Shown piece after piece: positions 1 through 9,615 of a stretch of DNA of 64,000 nucleotides (its first letter is position 1; each line of letters opens with the position of its first letter). A program made the position numbers and the translations under genes. The notes under the pieces are model-generated. The model saw only the letters and a list, made by a program, of their open reading frames with translations, searched no databases and had not been told where the DNA came from. Source of the DNA: an uncultured archaeon (GTDB taxonomy: Archaea > Aenigmatarchaeota > Aenigmatarchaeia > PWEA01 > JAGHBM01). The stretch lies in contig CAZOZN010000001.1 of NCBI GenBank assembly GCA_964584335.1, forward strand, positions 147,882 through 211,881, in the 5' to 3' direction.

Positions 1-368
1 AGAAGTTTGACAATTACAGTCTCTGTTGGCATTATGTAGTGTATTGCACCAACTATAAGCATCGAAATAGTAACATTGGCAACCATCCAGGATATCCACC
101 CTGTCATAAAAGATGGAAATTCGTCGAAAGCCTGCCTGGCAAACTCGAAAACACCGCCCGCTCTTGGATACATACTGACTAGTTCTGCAAAAACAAAAGA
201 CATCAGTATTGCAATTATTCCTATTAAAATCCAGGAGATTATGGAAGCAGGACCTGCATGCATTGCTCCAATTGAAGGTAGAAAAAACAGACCTGTCCCC
301 ACTATAGAATTAATCGCCAGAAATAGCATTGCCTTGAAGCCGACTTCTTTTCTTAGTTCGTGAGACAT
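1..368 (-). CDS. APC-family amino acid permease, N-terminal part (runs off window start; not in ORF track)
   Basis: Manual translation from ATG at 368: MSHELRKEVGFKAMLFLAINSIVGTGLFFLPS...AGPASIISW...FAELVSMYPRAGG, typical APC TM1-TM3 motifs. Confidence 0.9.
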   Translation of the reverse strand, partial: MSHELRKEVGFKAMLFLAINSIVGTGLFFLPSIGAMHAGPASIISWILIGIIAILMSFVFAELVSMYPRAGGVFEFARQAFDEFPSFMTGWISWMVANVTISMLIVGAIHYIMPTETVIVKL

Positions 369-443
369 ATAACTAAATATCTTTTTGCTTAAATAAAATA
401 TTTTTCAATAGAAACAGATAACTAAAGCCTCTTTTCTATTGGC

Positions 444-785
444 TTATTGATATTCTCTCCATCTATGTTTGCATTTACAACATTGATAGAACTTAGTGGG
501 CCCTTCGTCAACTGAACGAGTTTGCAATACCCACCAGTGTGCTTTTGTGTGCCCGCATTTTGGACATTGTGCCGTGGTTACCGGAAGAGTTTCCATTGAA
601 ATGTCGTTTTCCATTACTATTATTTCATCTTCTGGTCTTTTTTTCACCCTTTCTCTGATGCTATAATCTTTTGCGTAAGAGTTGACTTTTTTGCCGCATT
701 TTCTGCAGACAAGAGTAACTCCTCTCTTGGTTTTTTCAGTTTTTTTGGGTATCATCATTCCGCCACATTTTTCACAAAACCTCAA
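444..785 (-). CDS. tfs: Transcription factor S (TFS/RpoM family)
   Basis: Two Zn ribbons (FCEKCG; CPKCGH...QTRSVDEGPTKFYQCCKC). Likely TTG start at 785, 5 nt after GGGTGA (track start 794). Confidence 0.93.
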   Translation of the reverse strand: MRFCEKCGGMMIPKKTEKTKRGVTLVCRKCGKKVNSYAKDYSIRERVKKRPEDEIIVMENDISMETLPVTTAQCPKCGHTKAHWWVLQTRSVDEGPTKFYQCCKCKHRWREYQ

Positions 786-790
786 TTTTT

Positions 791-1429
791 TCACCCTTTG
801 GTTATTTTATTATATACCAGATAAATTCCGGCCAGTATAATTAAAACCAGCAGACCCGTATTAGGTTCCACAATGAACCACCTCACTGCCAGTATTTTCA
901 CCCAGCCAAGATATGGTATCTTAACCAGCGCTTTGCCGTAAATTTCCTCTTCTAGTACTTCTTTTTTACCTGTGCACTGGTCGCATTTCACATTATTATC
1001 TCCCTTAGTTATATAAATCTTTCTGTTGTCGTTTGAAAGCGATATTTCGCTTATTACCTTGTCTCTAATCTGATTCCAGTCTTCTAACTTATCTACTTCT
1101 GGGTACTCACTCGTAGCCACTATTCTATGTATTATAGGCTCCGTTTCCCAGCCATTAAAAACTATTATTTCTCCAGCTTCGTAGGTATCCTCTCCTTTTA
1201 TAATGACTATATCACCGACATTTAGATTCGGTACCATTGACCTGCTTGAGACAGTTACTATGGGCAAATCCGTGTCAAGAAGTATTCCTGATATTTGATG
1301 AACTGAGAATGCGACTAAGACGCCTAGAATACAGTAAAAAACTACACCTCCCCAGCCTTTGTTAAGTTTTTCCCAAAAAAGTTTTATTTTCTTGTTTTTT
1401 TTCTTTTTTCTTTTTTTATACCCTGCCAA
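791..1429 (-). CDS. Archaeal signal peptidase I (S26, Sec11-like)
   Basis: SRSMVP catalytic Ser, IIHRI, TKGDNN, IPYLGW; flanking TM segments. TTG start at 1429 after GGTGA. Confidence 0.88.
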   Translation of the reverse strand: MAGYKKRKKKKNKKIKLFWEKLNKGWGGVVFYCILGVLVAFSVHQISGILLDTDLPIVTVSSRSMVPNLNVGDIVIIKGEDTYEAGEIIVFNGWETEPIIHRIVATSEYPEVDKLEDWNQIRDKVISEISLSNDNRKIYITKGDNNVKCDQCTGKKEVLEEEIYGKALVKIPYLGWVKILAVRWFIVEPNTGLLVLIILAGIYLVYNKITKG

Positions 1430-2012
1430 CACTCTCACCTTTTATCAATCCTGATGCAATCAAATGTGCTATTCTTATGGGTTCCGGTATGAGGCTTCTT
1501 TTTACTGATATTTCTATTGCTTTTTTTGCTTCCTCTTCTGATAGTCCTGTTTTTTGGAAATAAATACTTTTTCCTCTCTTGTCCAGTTTTAAATCAAAGA
1601 ATTCTCCAGCATTTTCAACTGCTTTCCATCTTTTTTCAAAATAGGGAAGCTTTTTCATGGCTTCCTTGAATTTTTTCATATCAGTTTTTTTTCTTATTAC
1701 TGCAATAACAGGCAAACCTGTTTCTTTGTTTAGTTTTTTAATATCCACAAAATTAAAACCACCAAATGTTATACCATCTAACATTATTATTCTTAGGTCC
1801 TTGTGTCTTGTTTTTTTTACCGCTTCAGCTATTTTTTCTGTAGCATCTGTTCCATCAATGTTTATCTCTGTCTTAATTATACCGTCTATGCAAGAACCCC
1901 CTCTAAATATAGTTCCTATTAAAATTACTTTCCCTGAAGAGCCTTTTTCAAACGGTGCATCATCTAATCCAAGAATTCGAATTTCTTTCTTTATTATCAT
2001 GAGAACCTGCAC
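1416..2012 (-). CDS. DUF99 / UPF0215 family protein (endonuclease V-like)
   Basis: RILGLDDAPF, MLDGITFGGFN, IPEPIRIAHLIA; start may be ATG at 2000. Confidence 0.85.
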   Translation of the reverse strand: MQVLMIIKKEIRILGLDDAPFEKGSSGKVILIGTIFRGGSCIDGIIKTEINIDGTDATEKIAEAVKKTRHKDLRIIMLDGITFGGFNFVDIKKLNKETGLPVIAVIRKKTDMKKFKEAMKKLPYFEKRWKAVENAGEFFDLKLDKRGKSIYFQKTGLSEEEAKKAIEISVKRSLIPEPIRIAHLIASGLIKGESVGRV

Positions 2013-2050
2013 ACAGTTATTTTTCTTATATCAAGTTTCAATAAGAAAAA

Positions 2051-2326
2051 TTATTTTGAAAAGGCCCTTGAAAATTCCTTTCTAAAGTCTTGCATCTGGT
2101 TTGAGATATTTCTGGCTGCGGCCTTAAGTGTGGTTGTAGGGTCTTTTTTCTCTGTTTCAAGAATTAATACAGGGTTTGTAAGGAAAGGATGTTCTTTTTG
2201 GTAAGATGAGTAATCCGCACCTTCTTCCCAGAGAGCCTTTCTAAGTAAGTTAACTAAAGTATAGTCTTCGCCTTCAAATTCTACACGAAGCTTGTTTTTA
2301 CCTTTTCCTATAATTTTTATTTCCAT
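2051..2326 (-). CDS. rpoL: DNA-directed RNA polymerase subunit L (Rpo11)
   Basis: GEDYTLVNLLRKAL...YQKEHPF motif, 91 aa. Confidence 0.88.
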   Translation of the reverse strand: MEIKIIGKGKNKLRVEFEGEDYTLVNLLRKALWEEGADYSSYQKEHPFLTNPVLILETEKKDPTTTLKAAARNISNQMQDFRKEFSRAFSK

Positions 2327-2363
2327 ACTTATTCCTCACCAGATAGTTATATAAAGTTAACGT

Positions 2364-2819
2364 TTATTCTTTCCCGAAAGCTTTAGCTATGTTTTTTAAT
2401 TTGTCTATTTGTGGTATATAAACACCCATTTCTACTTTATCTTTTATAGTATCTCCCGGATTATTTTCGTCTACTATTTTGTCTAGATAATAGTCAAGAG
2501 GAACCCAACCAGAACTTTTTCCGAATGAGAGAAAAGATTCGTCTCCCATGTATCTTTTTATTACTGAATTTATTTTTTTCATATCTTTTTCCCAGTTTTC
2601 ATATCTTTTCTTTTCATAATCTTTGTTTTTCTTGGCATTTTTACCATACTTTTCAATCTCTACTTCAACATAATTTTTTTCTCCCATAACCATCTCTGCA
2701 AAATTGTCCGAGTACGGTATATCCATGTTTTTTATCTCGTTTGCAGCTCCACATAAAGTGTTCTCGAGCCCGTCTAAAATAAAATTTGTATCTCTTTTCA
2801 GCTTGCTTAAGTTATACAT
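2364..2819 (-). CDS. Hypothetical protein
   Basis: 151-aa ORF filling the gap; TATA-like element ~25 nt upstream (probably leaderless). Confidence 0.6.
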   Translation of the reverse strand: MYNLSKLKRDTNFILDGLENTLCGAANEIKNMDIPYSDNFAEMVMGEKNYVEVEIEKYGKNAKKNKDYEKKRYENWEKDMKKINSVIKRYMGDESFLSFGKSSGWVPLDYYLDKIVDENNPGDTIKDKVEMGVYIPQIDKLKNIAKAFGKE

Positions 2820-2870
2820 GATTATAACTAGCCTGTAAAATTATTTATCTCTTTTAGGCCAAAACTAATT

Positions 2871-3122
2871 ATGAGTTCCTTGAAAACTTTGAGAGCCGTT
2901 AGAAATATGGAAAGAGACTTGAACCTGAGTGAAAGAGACATTTATTGTGATGACTTATCTCCGGAGAAGGTGGTTTCTGATAGTGCAGTTGAAACTTATT
3001 CTACCGGTTTTAAAAAAACAGGAGAGATTTTCTATGACAAGGATAAAATGGAGATAACAATTGTCGAGAATGAGGATTTACCAATTTACCTTGCGGGACT
3101 GTGGTTTAACAGAAACTATTAG
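2871..3122 (+). CDS. Hypothetical protein
   Basis: 83-aa ORF with ATG, divergent from 2364-2819. Confidence 0.5.
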   Translation: MSSLKTLRAVRNMERDLNLSERDIYCDDLSPEKVVSDSAVETYSTGFKKTGEIFYDKDKMEITIVENEDLPIYLAGLWFNRNY

Positions 3123-4192
3123 AAAGGTCTTCTGTCTCTTCTAAGCCTGTATAATGAAGGAAGATTACCTACTTTATCAACTATATGGGAATGTATTATG
3201 TCTATTTCACCGCCTTTTATTTTTGCTCTGTTATCGGCTTCTATCAGTACTGGAGGAAGCCCGTATTCCTGGTTCTGGGAAGATACTTTGTAGACAAGTT
3301 CTGCTATTTTGTCGGCCATAGGTACCGGGTCTCCCGTTGAATAAAATTCTATTCTTACGGGCCTGTCATATTCTGTAGTTTTCATATAGAAAAGATAAAG
3401 ATTTTTTCCGTAGTTGCTCAGTTCTTTGTTTTGGGACATTCTCATTACAAAGCTCCTTTCCCCCTTATTCAGCACATGGAACAAAAGATTGGTGTCCCTC
3501 GTATGTGACATAAGTTTTTTAATTTCTTTTATTTTTTTATCTCTTATTTCAGATAAAACATTTGAGGAAATGTAATCAGATAAAGTGGAGCTTCTGCTGT
3601 CTTCTATTATGCCTGTAAATATAAACCCCCCCGCCTTCCTGTAAAGCTCCTTGTAGTTATCTATCAGTTTCCTGTAGTCATCATAAATTCTCGAACTTCT
3701 GCTTGGCTGGTCCGAGGGATGTGGCCTTATTGAACCATCAGCCATAAGAATGGTTGGGTTTTTTTCAAGGCATTTTTTAAGAGTGTTGATTTCAGTGTTT
3801 ATTCTCTCAAAGCATGCTATATATTGAAAGTCGCTTTCCGATGCATCATGTATTATTCTCAGGTTTGGCGTAGGTGATGTTGATGGTATGTAGGATACGG
3901 AGTCAAGTTTCCCTTTTTTATAGTCAAATACAGCTCCGACAGCTCTTGTAAGTATCATATCGAGTGAATGATAGTTTCTCTTTGATAAACCACCGTCAAC
4001 CCCAATGAACCTTGCCTTTTCCAAATCTATTTCCTTTACTTTTACTGAAAGTTTGTCTTCCATTATTCTGGAATCTTTTTCAAAGTTAACTTCTTTGATT
4101 TCCTTAAGAAAATTAGCAAGCTTTTTTCTGTTATCTTCCAAGTTTTTTATCTTTTCTGATATCTCGTCTAGTTTTGAGAATATTTCTTCCAT
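3119..4192 (-). CDS. nurA: NurA DNA double-strand break repair nuclease
   Basis: IGVDGG, LMADGS, GIIEDSRS, YGLPPVLIEADNRAKI motifs. Confidence 0.88.
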   Translation of the reverse strand: MEEIFSKLDEISEKIKNLEDNRKKLANFLKEIKEVNFEKDSRIMEDKLSVKVKEIDLEKARFIGVDGGLSKRNYHSLDMILTRAVGAVFDYKKGKLDSVSYIPSTSPTPNLRIIHDASESDFQYIACFERINTEINTLKKCLEKNPTILMADGSIRPHPSDQPSRSSRIYDDYRKLIDNYKELYRKAGGFIFTGIIEDSRSSTLSDYISSNVLSEIRDKKIKEIKKLMSHTRDTNLLFHVLNKGERSFVMRMSQNKELSNYGKNLYLFYMKTTEYDRPVRIEFYSTGDPVPMADKIAELVYKVSSQNQEYGLPPVLIEADNRAKIKGGEIDIIHSHIVDKVGNLPSLYRLRRDRRPF

Positions 4193-4237
4193 AGAATCAA
4201 TTAAGTTGATAAAGATTTAAAAATAAGCCAATCTGAA

Positions 4238-4327
4238 CTATTTCTTCTTGTGCCTCATCTTCTTTCTCTTTTTCTTGAGTTTGTGTTTCTTAATTTTCTT
4301 TTTCTTTCTTTTTTTACCGCAAGGAAT
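4238..4327 (-). CDS. 29-aa basic protein resembling ribosomal protein bS22 (AURKAIP1/COX24, mS38-like); ATT start
   Basis: (M)PCGKKRKKKKIKKHKLKKKRKKMRHKKK; SD GAGGTGA 5 nt upstream of ATT at 4327. Confidence 0.75.
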   Translation of the reverse strand: MPCGKKRKKKKIKKHKLKKKRKKMRHKKK

Positions 4328-4412
4328 ACAAATCACCTCAATATTCTTCAAATTCTTTTGTTTAAATACTTTGATTAAATGTCTTTTTAAATCACAAACC
4401 CAAAAAAATCTT

Positions 4413-5183
4413 ATGCTTAAAGAAGAGTATAAGAAGTTCAAGAACTTTGTTTTTGACCTGGATGGAACGGTTTGGTACTGGGATGAGTTGGTGCAGGGTG
4501 CTAAAGAAGGCATAGATTTTTTGAGAGATAACGGGAAGGAAGTATACTTTCTGACCAACAACAGCATGCTTTTTCCTAGCGGTTTTAAGGAAAGACTTGA
4601 CATGCTGGGTATTGATACCGAAATCTCAAGAATAATATGTCCTGCTGATTTTATTGTTTCTTATTTGAGAGAAAAAGGAGCCAAAAAAGTTTTCTCTGTT
4701 TCACTTGATACAATGGAGACTTACATAAAGAAAAACGGTTTTGAGATTTCCGATGACCCAGATTACGTTGTGGTTACTTTTAGCAGTTCGGACGAGCCAA
4801 AAGTTGATATTGCTGCAAAAATTATGAAGAAAGGCATACCGGCAATAACAAACGCCACCGGAAAAAAGTGGGTATTAAAGGGTAAAGTGCTTCCGGGCAC
4901 GGGAGTAATTGTAGAAAAGATTGAGAATCTTTCCGGTTCAAAAATAGAAGTCGTGGGAAAGCCTTCTGACTTTGCTGTAAGATATGTCAAGGATAATTTT
5001 AATTTTAAACCAGACGAGACAATATATTTTGGCGATTCCCTTAACTCTGATATGCTTTTCGCAAGAAAGAGCGGGTGGAGTTTTTGTTTTGTTTTAACCG
5101 GTGAATATAAAATGGAAGACCTTGATGATATTGAAGAAAAACCGGATTTTATAATAAACAACATCAAGGAAATTTTGAAATGA
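4413..5183 (+). CDS. HAD-superfamily subfamily IIA hydrolase (NagD-like)
   Basis: FDLDGTV, LTNNS, GKPS, GDSLNSD motifs; real start ATG 4413 (track extension to 4248 overlaps the small basic gene). Confidence 0.9.
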   Translation: MLKEEYKKFKNFVFDLDGTVWYWDELVQGAKEGIDFLRDNGKEVYFLTNNSMLFPSGFKERLDMLGIDTEISRIICPADFIVSYLREKGAKKVFSVSLDTMETYIKKNGFEISDDPDYVVVTFSSSDEPKVDIAAKIMKKGIPAITNATGKKWVLKGKVLPGTGVIVEKIENLSGSKIEVVGKPSDFAVRYVKDNFNFKPDETIYFGDSLNSDMLFARKSGWSFCFVLTGEYKMEDLDDIEEKPDFIINNIKEILK

Positions 5184-5219
5184 TTTATATTAGTCATACC
5201 AAAAATCAATCGTGTTAAG

Positions 5220-5837
5220 ATGGCTTATGAATTCAATTTTGACTTATCAAGTTCTTCTCAGGCTTTCTTCAGGGAGGTTGCAAAATTTTCAAAGCAAAAA
5301 AACATACACAATAAAATAGGAAGCACTGCCAGGTTTCTTGTGGATAAATTCAGGATAGATAAGATTGTGGGAATACCTGTTTCCGATGCCTTGATTTTGG
5401 TTGAGGATATGCTTGATACATATGTTGATAACTTATCTACTGTAAAAGATTTCAAGAAGACAAAGAAGAGAGCGCTTCTTTTACCGCACTGTTCTAGAAA
5501 ATATATGGACAGCAAGTGCAAAGCAAAATTCGATGTTAAGAATTCTTCTTACAGATGTGTAGGTTGCTCGAGCGACTGCCTTGTCAACAAGGCAACTAGA
5601 CTTGGAAAAGAAAGAAACTACGATGTATATGTCTTGCCCGGTGGGTCATGTATACGAAAAATATTGAATAAAAATTACGATGGCATAGTCGGTGTTGCAT
5701 GTTGCGAGGAAATAAAGCTTGCAAAGAGCTTTTTAAAAAATTACAAGGTAAATATTCAGGGAGTCCCGTTAATAAAAAACGGTTGCTCAAAAACGAAGTT
5801 CAGCATAAAGAGCCTTGAAGAGGTTCTTATCCAATAA
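5220..5837 (+). CDS. DUF116 domain protein
   Basis: LLPHCSR, CVGCSSDC, VLPGGS, GVACCEE Cys pattern. Confidence 0.82.
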   Translation: MAYEFNFDLSSSSQAFFREVAKFSKQKNIHNKIGSTARFLVDKFRIDKIVGIPVSDALILVEDMLDTYVDNLSTVKDFKKTKKRALLLPHCSRKYMDSKCKAKFDVKNSSYRCVGCSSDCLVNKATRLGKERNYDVYVLPGGSCIRKILNKNYDGIVGVACCEEIKLAKSFLKNYKVNIQGVPLIKNGCSKTKFSIKSLEEVLIQ

Positions 5838-6696
5838 CAACAAGATAAGCGCCGATTAACATTATTACGCATGCTATTATTTTCTGGTAAAGCCCATGTT
5901 CTTTGAATATTTCTCCTCCAAGAACTGTTGCAAATAAAGTCGATAGTTTTTTAATGGGCATTACGAGGCTCACGAATGTAATTTTCATTGCGAATGCTTG
6001 CAAAATCCTGTAAGACACTGTTATCGATGCCATTAGTATTATCCACCATCCCGCTTTTTTTATTCCGTGCTTTATTCCATGAAATCCGTCGTAAAACAAC
6101 TTTAATATAAACAAAAATATTATGGCTATGAATAACTGCTGTAGAAGGACAAGGCTTATTGGGTCTATAAAGTTAAGTGCGTATTTTCCTGAAACTGCAC
6201 TAAATGAGTATGAACCAAGAGCTATGAATATGTAATGTATGTATTTGGATTTGTAAATTTTCTTTAGTGGAGTTAACATGCTGTGGGATTTGAAGTCTAT
6301 CTCAAGAACATAAGAGCCTATCATGAGTGTTAATATTCCTATTACATTTAGAGGACTCAAAATTTCTCCAAGTAAAAGTACCGCAACCATGGCAGTAAAG
6401 CCGGGACCAAAATTTAAGAGCGGGGACGCGGCTGATATTTCCATATGCCTTACAGCCTTTGCCACGAAAAGAAAACCAACTGAGGCAAAAAAGGCCGCTA
6501 AAATTATTAAAATCCAGACGAAAGGTTCTATACTAAAATCGATTAAATAAAAGAAAGGTATTGTGATTGCAAAGTTCAGTATAGCCAAAGTTGCAGAGAA
6601 TTCTGCCGCATGTTCCTTGAAAAGAACTTTTTTTTCTATGACAGATACAAAAGATGTAAGAACCGCAGCTCCCAAAGCAAATATAAACCATTGCAT
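5827..6696 (-). CDS. EamA/DMT family transporter
   Basis: Ten TM segments in two repeats; LLGE and GGEIFKE motifs. Confidence 0.85.
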   Translation of the reverse strand: MQWFIFALGAAVLTSFVSVIEKKVLFKEHAAEFSATLAILNFAITIPFFYLIDFSIEPFVWILIILAAFFASVGFLFVAKAVRHMEISAASPLLNFGPGFTAMVAVLLLGEILSPLNVIGILTLMIGSYVLEIDFKSHSMLTPLKKIYKSKYIHYIFIALGSYSFSAVSGKYALNFIDPISLVLLQQLFIAIIFLFILKLFYDGFHGIKHGIKKAGWWIILMASITVSYRILQAFAMKITFVSLVMPIKKLSTLFATVLGGEIFKEHGLYQKIIACVIMLIGAYLVVIG

Positions 6697-6732
6697 AGAA
6701 TAAATTAATAAGCTTATAATTTAAAATAAATT

Positions 6733-8877
6733 TTGGTGGTTCAGATAAAGAGAATAATGGTAACTTCGGCACTTCCTTACGTGCATGACATGCCCCACTT
6801 GGGCAATATAGTCGGTTCAGTGCTCCCTGCAGATGTGTATCACAGGTACCTAAAGCTGGCAGGATATGATTCAATATATATTTGTGGTTCAGATTCTCAT
6901 GGAACCATGTTTGAAATAACTTCAGAAAGGATGGGAATAACACCCGAAGAACTTGTTTTCAGTAATCATGAAAAAATAAAGAAAATTTTTGAAAAGCTGA
7001 ACATAGATTTTACTTACTACGGAATAACCCACTCTGATGAAAACAAGGAAATAACACATAGGATATTTAATAAACTTTATGAGAACGGTTTTCTTATAGA
7101 AGAAGAGATGAATCTTCCTTACTGCGAGAAATGTGGAAAGTTTTTGGCTGACAGGTGGATAGAGGGCGAGTGTCCTAAATGCGACGGACTTGCCAGGGGC
7201 GACCAATGCGATGATTGTGGGGCCATACTCAACCCAGAGGAACTTATAAACCCGAAATGCGTTCATTGTGGAGAAAGCAAAATAATTTTTCGTAGCACAA
7301 AACATCTTTTTATAGACCTTCCCAAATTTGAAGATTGGCTTAAGGAGTGGATTTCAAAAAAATCTTGGAGCCCCATTGTAAAGAACTTCTCTCTTGGCTG
7401 GCTTAAGGAGGGACTTAAACCGCGTGCTATAACCCGTGATGCAAAATGGGGATTTCCTGTACCGAAGGAAGGTTATGAAGACAAGGTTATTTATGTCTGG
7501 TTTGATGCACCAATAGGATATATAGGAATAACAAAAGAATGGAGCAATAAAATAAAGAAAAAAGATGAATGGAAAAAGTGGTGGTTTTCTGACTGCAAAT
7601 ATGTGCAGTTCATGGGCAAGGACAACATACCTTTTCACAGTATAACATTTCCTGCAACCTTGAAAGGTACAGGGGAGGAATGGAAACTGGTTGATGATAT
7701 AATAGGTTCTGCCTGGCTTATATCCAAAGATGTTAAGTTCTCAAAGAGCAGAGGAAAGGGACTCACCACAGAGTCTGCATTAAATATAAGACCAACAGAC
7801 TATTGGAGATATGTTTTGATGAGTCTTTATCCCGAGACAAACGATTCTATTTTTACATGGGAAGAGTTTCAGAGAAGGGTTAATAACGAGCTTTCTGATA
7901 TTATAGGTAATTTTATTCACAGGGTAATCTCATTCACCAAGTCTAATTTTGGCGAGGTACCGAAACTCGGAGAGATGAAGAAAGAGGATGAGGAAATCAT
8001 AGGAAAGCTTAATAGTATACATGAAGATGTTACAAAAGATTTTGAAAAAGCGAAGTTGAGGGAGGCGCTGAAAGGAGTTCTTCATTTGGCTAAGGAATCT
8101 AATGCTTATTTCAACAACCAGGAGCCTTGGCATCTAATAAAGAAAGACAGGAAAAGGGTCGAGACCATACTTAATATTTCTTGTAATCTTGTTAGATCCG
8201 TATCCATAATGATTAATCCTTTTTTGCCGGAATCATCCCTTAAGATTAAGGAATTCCTTGGGGATGAAAATGATTATAAATGGGAATCTGCAAGGGATAT
8301 TGTTCTTTCGGGGCAGGAACTAAAAAAACCCGAAGTCCTTTTCAATAAGATTGACGATGATGAAATCAATGAAATAAGAAAAAAATATGCTTCTGAAGAT
8401 AGCGATATCTTTTCTGAATTGGATCTCAGGGTCGCAAAAGTTATTGAGGTAAAAAATCATCCAAATGCGGATAAACTTTATCTCTTAAAAATAGATTGCG
8501 GAGAGGAAAGGCAGGTTGTTGCAGGAATCAAGAAATGGTATGAAAAAAGTGACCTTGAAGGTAAGAAGATAGTAGTTCTTGCAAACCTCGAGAAAGCAAA
8601 GTTGAGGGGGGAATTTTCAGAGGCAATGCTACTTGCAGGAGAGGAAAAAAACGGTAAAGTAGGTTTACTTTTTGTCGATGATTCAAGTCCGGGTGAAAGG
8701 GTCTCTGTGGAAGGCATTAATATTAAACCAAAGGATAAAATAACCTTCAAGGAATTTCAGAAAATAGAAATGGTATCCGGAAAGAATTGCGTCTATTACA
8801 AAAATAAAAAACTTAAAACAGAGTCAGGAGAAACTGTTAACATAGAAAATGTTAAAGAAGGCTCTGAAATATGCTGA
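6733..8877 (+). CDS. metG: Methionyl-tRNA synthetase with C-terminal tRNA-binding domain
   Basis: TSALPY, HLGN (HIGH), Zn knuckle, YVWFDA, KFSKS, HPNADKL; exact start uncertain (6733/6745/6757). Confidence 0.97.
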   Translation: MVVQIKRIMVTSALPYVHDMPHLGNIVGSVLPADVYHRYLKLAGYDSIYICGSDSHGTMFEITSERMGITPEELVFSNHEKIKKIFEKLNIDFTYYGITHSDENKEITHRIFNKLYENGFLIEEEMNLPYCEKCGKFLADRWIEGECPKCDGLARGDQCDDCGAILNPEELINPKCVHCGESKIIFRSTKHLFIDLPKFEDWLKEWISKKSWSPIVKNFSLGWLKEGLKPRAITRDAKWGFPVPKEGYEDKVIYVWFDAPIGYIGITKEWSNKIKKKDEWKKWWFSDCKYVQFMGKDNIPFHSITFPATLKGTGEEWKLVDDIIGSAWLISKDVKFSKSRGKGLTTESALNIRPTDYWRYVLMSLYPETNDSIFTWEEFQRRVNNELSDIIGNFIHRVISFTKSNFGEVPKLGEMKKEDEEIIGKLNSIHEDVTKDFEKAKLREALKGVLHLAKESNAYFNNQEPWHLIKKDRKRVETILNISCNLVRSVSIMINPFLPESSLKIKEFLGDENDYKWESARDIVLSGQELKKPEVLFNKIDDDEINEIRKKYASEDSDIFSELDLRVAKVIEVKNHPNADKLYLLKIDCGEERQVVAGIKKWYEKSDLEGKKIVVLANLEKAKLRGEFSEAMLLAGEEKNGKVGLLFVDDSSPGERVSVEGINIKPKDKITFKEFQKIEMVSGKNCVYYKNKKLKTESGETVNIENVKEGSEIC

Positions 8878-8913
8878 AATAAGTTTTTTAAATTACTCAT
8901 TATAAAATTAATT

Positions 8914-9615
8914 ATGCCCGAGATAGAAAAATGGATAAGGGAACAATTCAAGAAAGGACTTTCTGAAAAGCAGGTAAAAGACTCTATGCTCAAGTCGGGC
9001 TGGAACAAATCTTTAGCAGAAAAATTGATAGAAGAGAATAAGCCATCTTCAGTCAAGTCTTCAAAAATAAATTTCTCAAAGGAAAAAAATATTACTCTCG
9101 CTAGCTTTGTTTTATTTTTTGCTGTATTGGTTTTAATTTATTTTTTAATTTTGCCCTTTACTGAAGATTTAGAACCTCAAAGTCAGAGTTTAAAGTCTCA
9201 TTACTCGGAAGAAAATTACATAAGTTACTGCAAAAGTTTGCCAGAGAAAGACAGACCAGTTTGCTTTTACAATGCTGCTATTGAAAACAACGATACCGCA
9301 ATATGCAACAATATAGATAAAGAAGAAAACGGAATCAGTTATTCTAACTTATGTAAGGACATGGTCATCTCAGACAAGGCCATAAAAAAACGGGACGAGA
9401 ATATATGTGAACAGGTGGCCGGCAAGGAACAGAGAGACGGCTGTTATATGGGAGTAGCGAGGAGTACTGGAAACGAATCTCTGTGTGAAAATGTAGATGA
9501 TAAGGAATACTGTTACTTGGCTGTCGCTTTATCTACAAAAAATGAAAAGCTGTGTGAGAGAGTAAGCGAAGATAAAAAAGATTATTGTTACGACGTAATT
9601 CTTGATTCAGATTAA
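8914..9615 (+). CDS. Membrane-anchored protein with Cys-paired helical repeats
   Basis: N-terminal small domain (LKSGW), one TM, repeats CYxxVAxxxxNExLCExV. Confidence 0.7.
   Translation: MPEIEKWIREQFKKGLSEKQVKDSMLKSGWNKSLAEKLIEENKPSSVKSSKINFSKEKNITLASFVLFFAVLVLIYFLILPFTEDLEPQSQSLKSHYSEENYISYCKSLPEKDRPVCFYNAAIENNDTAICNNIDKEENGISYSNLCKDMVISDKAIKKRDENICEQVAGKEQRDGCYMGVARSTGNESLCENVDDKEYCYLAVALSTKNEKLCERVSEDKKDYCYDVILDSD

Noticed and set aside
76-363. 95-aa plus-strand ORF
   Set aside because: Antisense to a clear amino acid permease on the minus strand
4248-4412. Hydrophobic N-terminal extension of the HAD hydrolase
   Set aside because: It is the antisense reading of the Lys-rich small gene; the HAD motif begins right after ATG 4413
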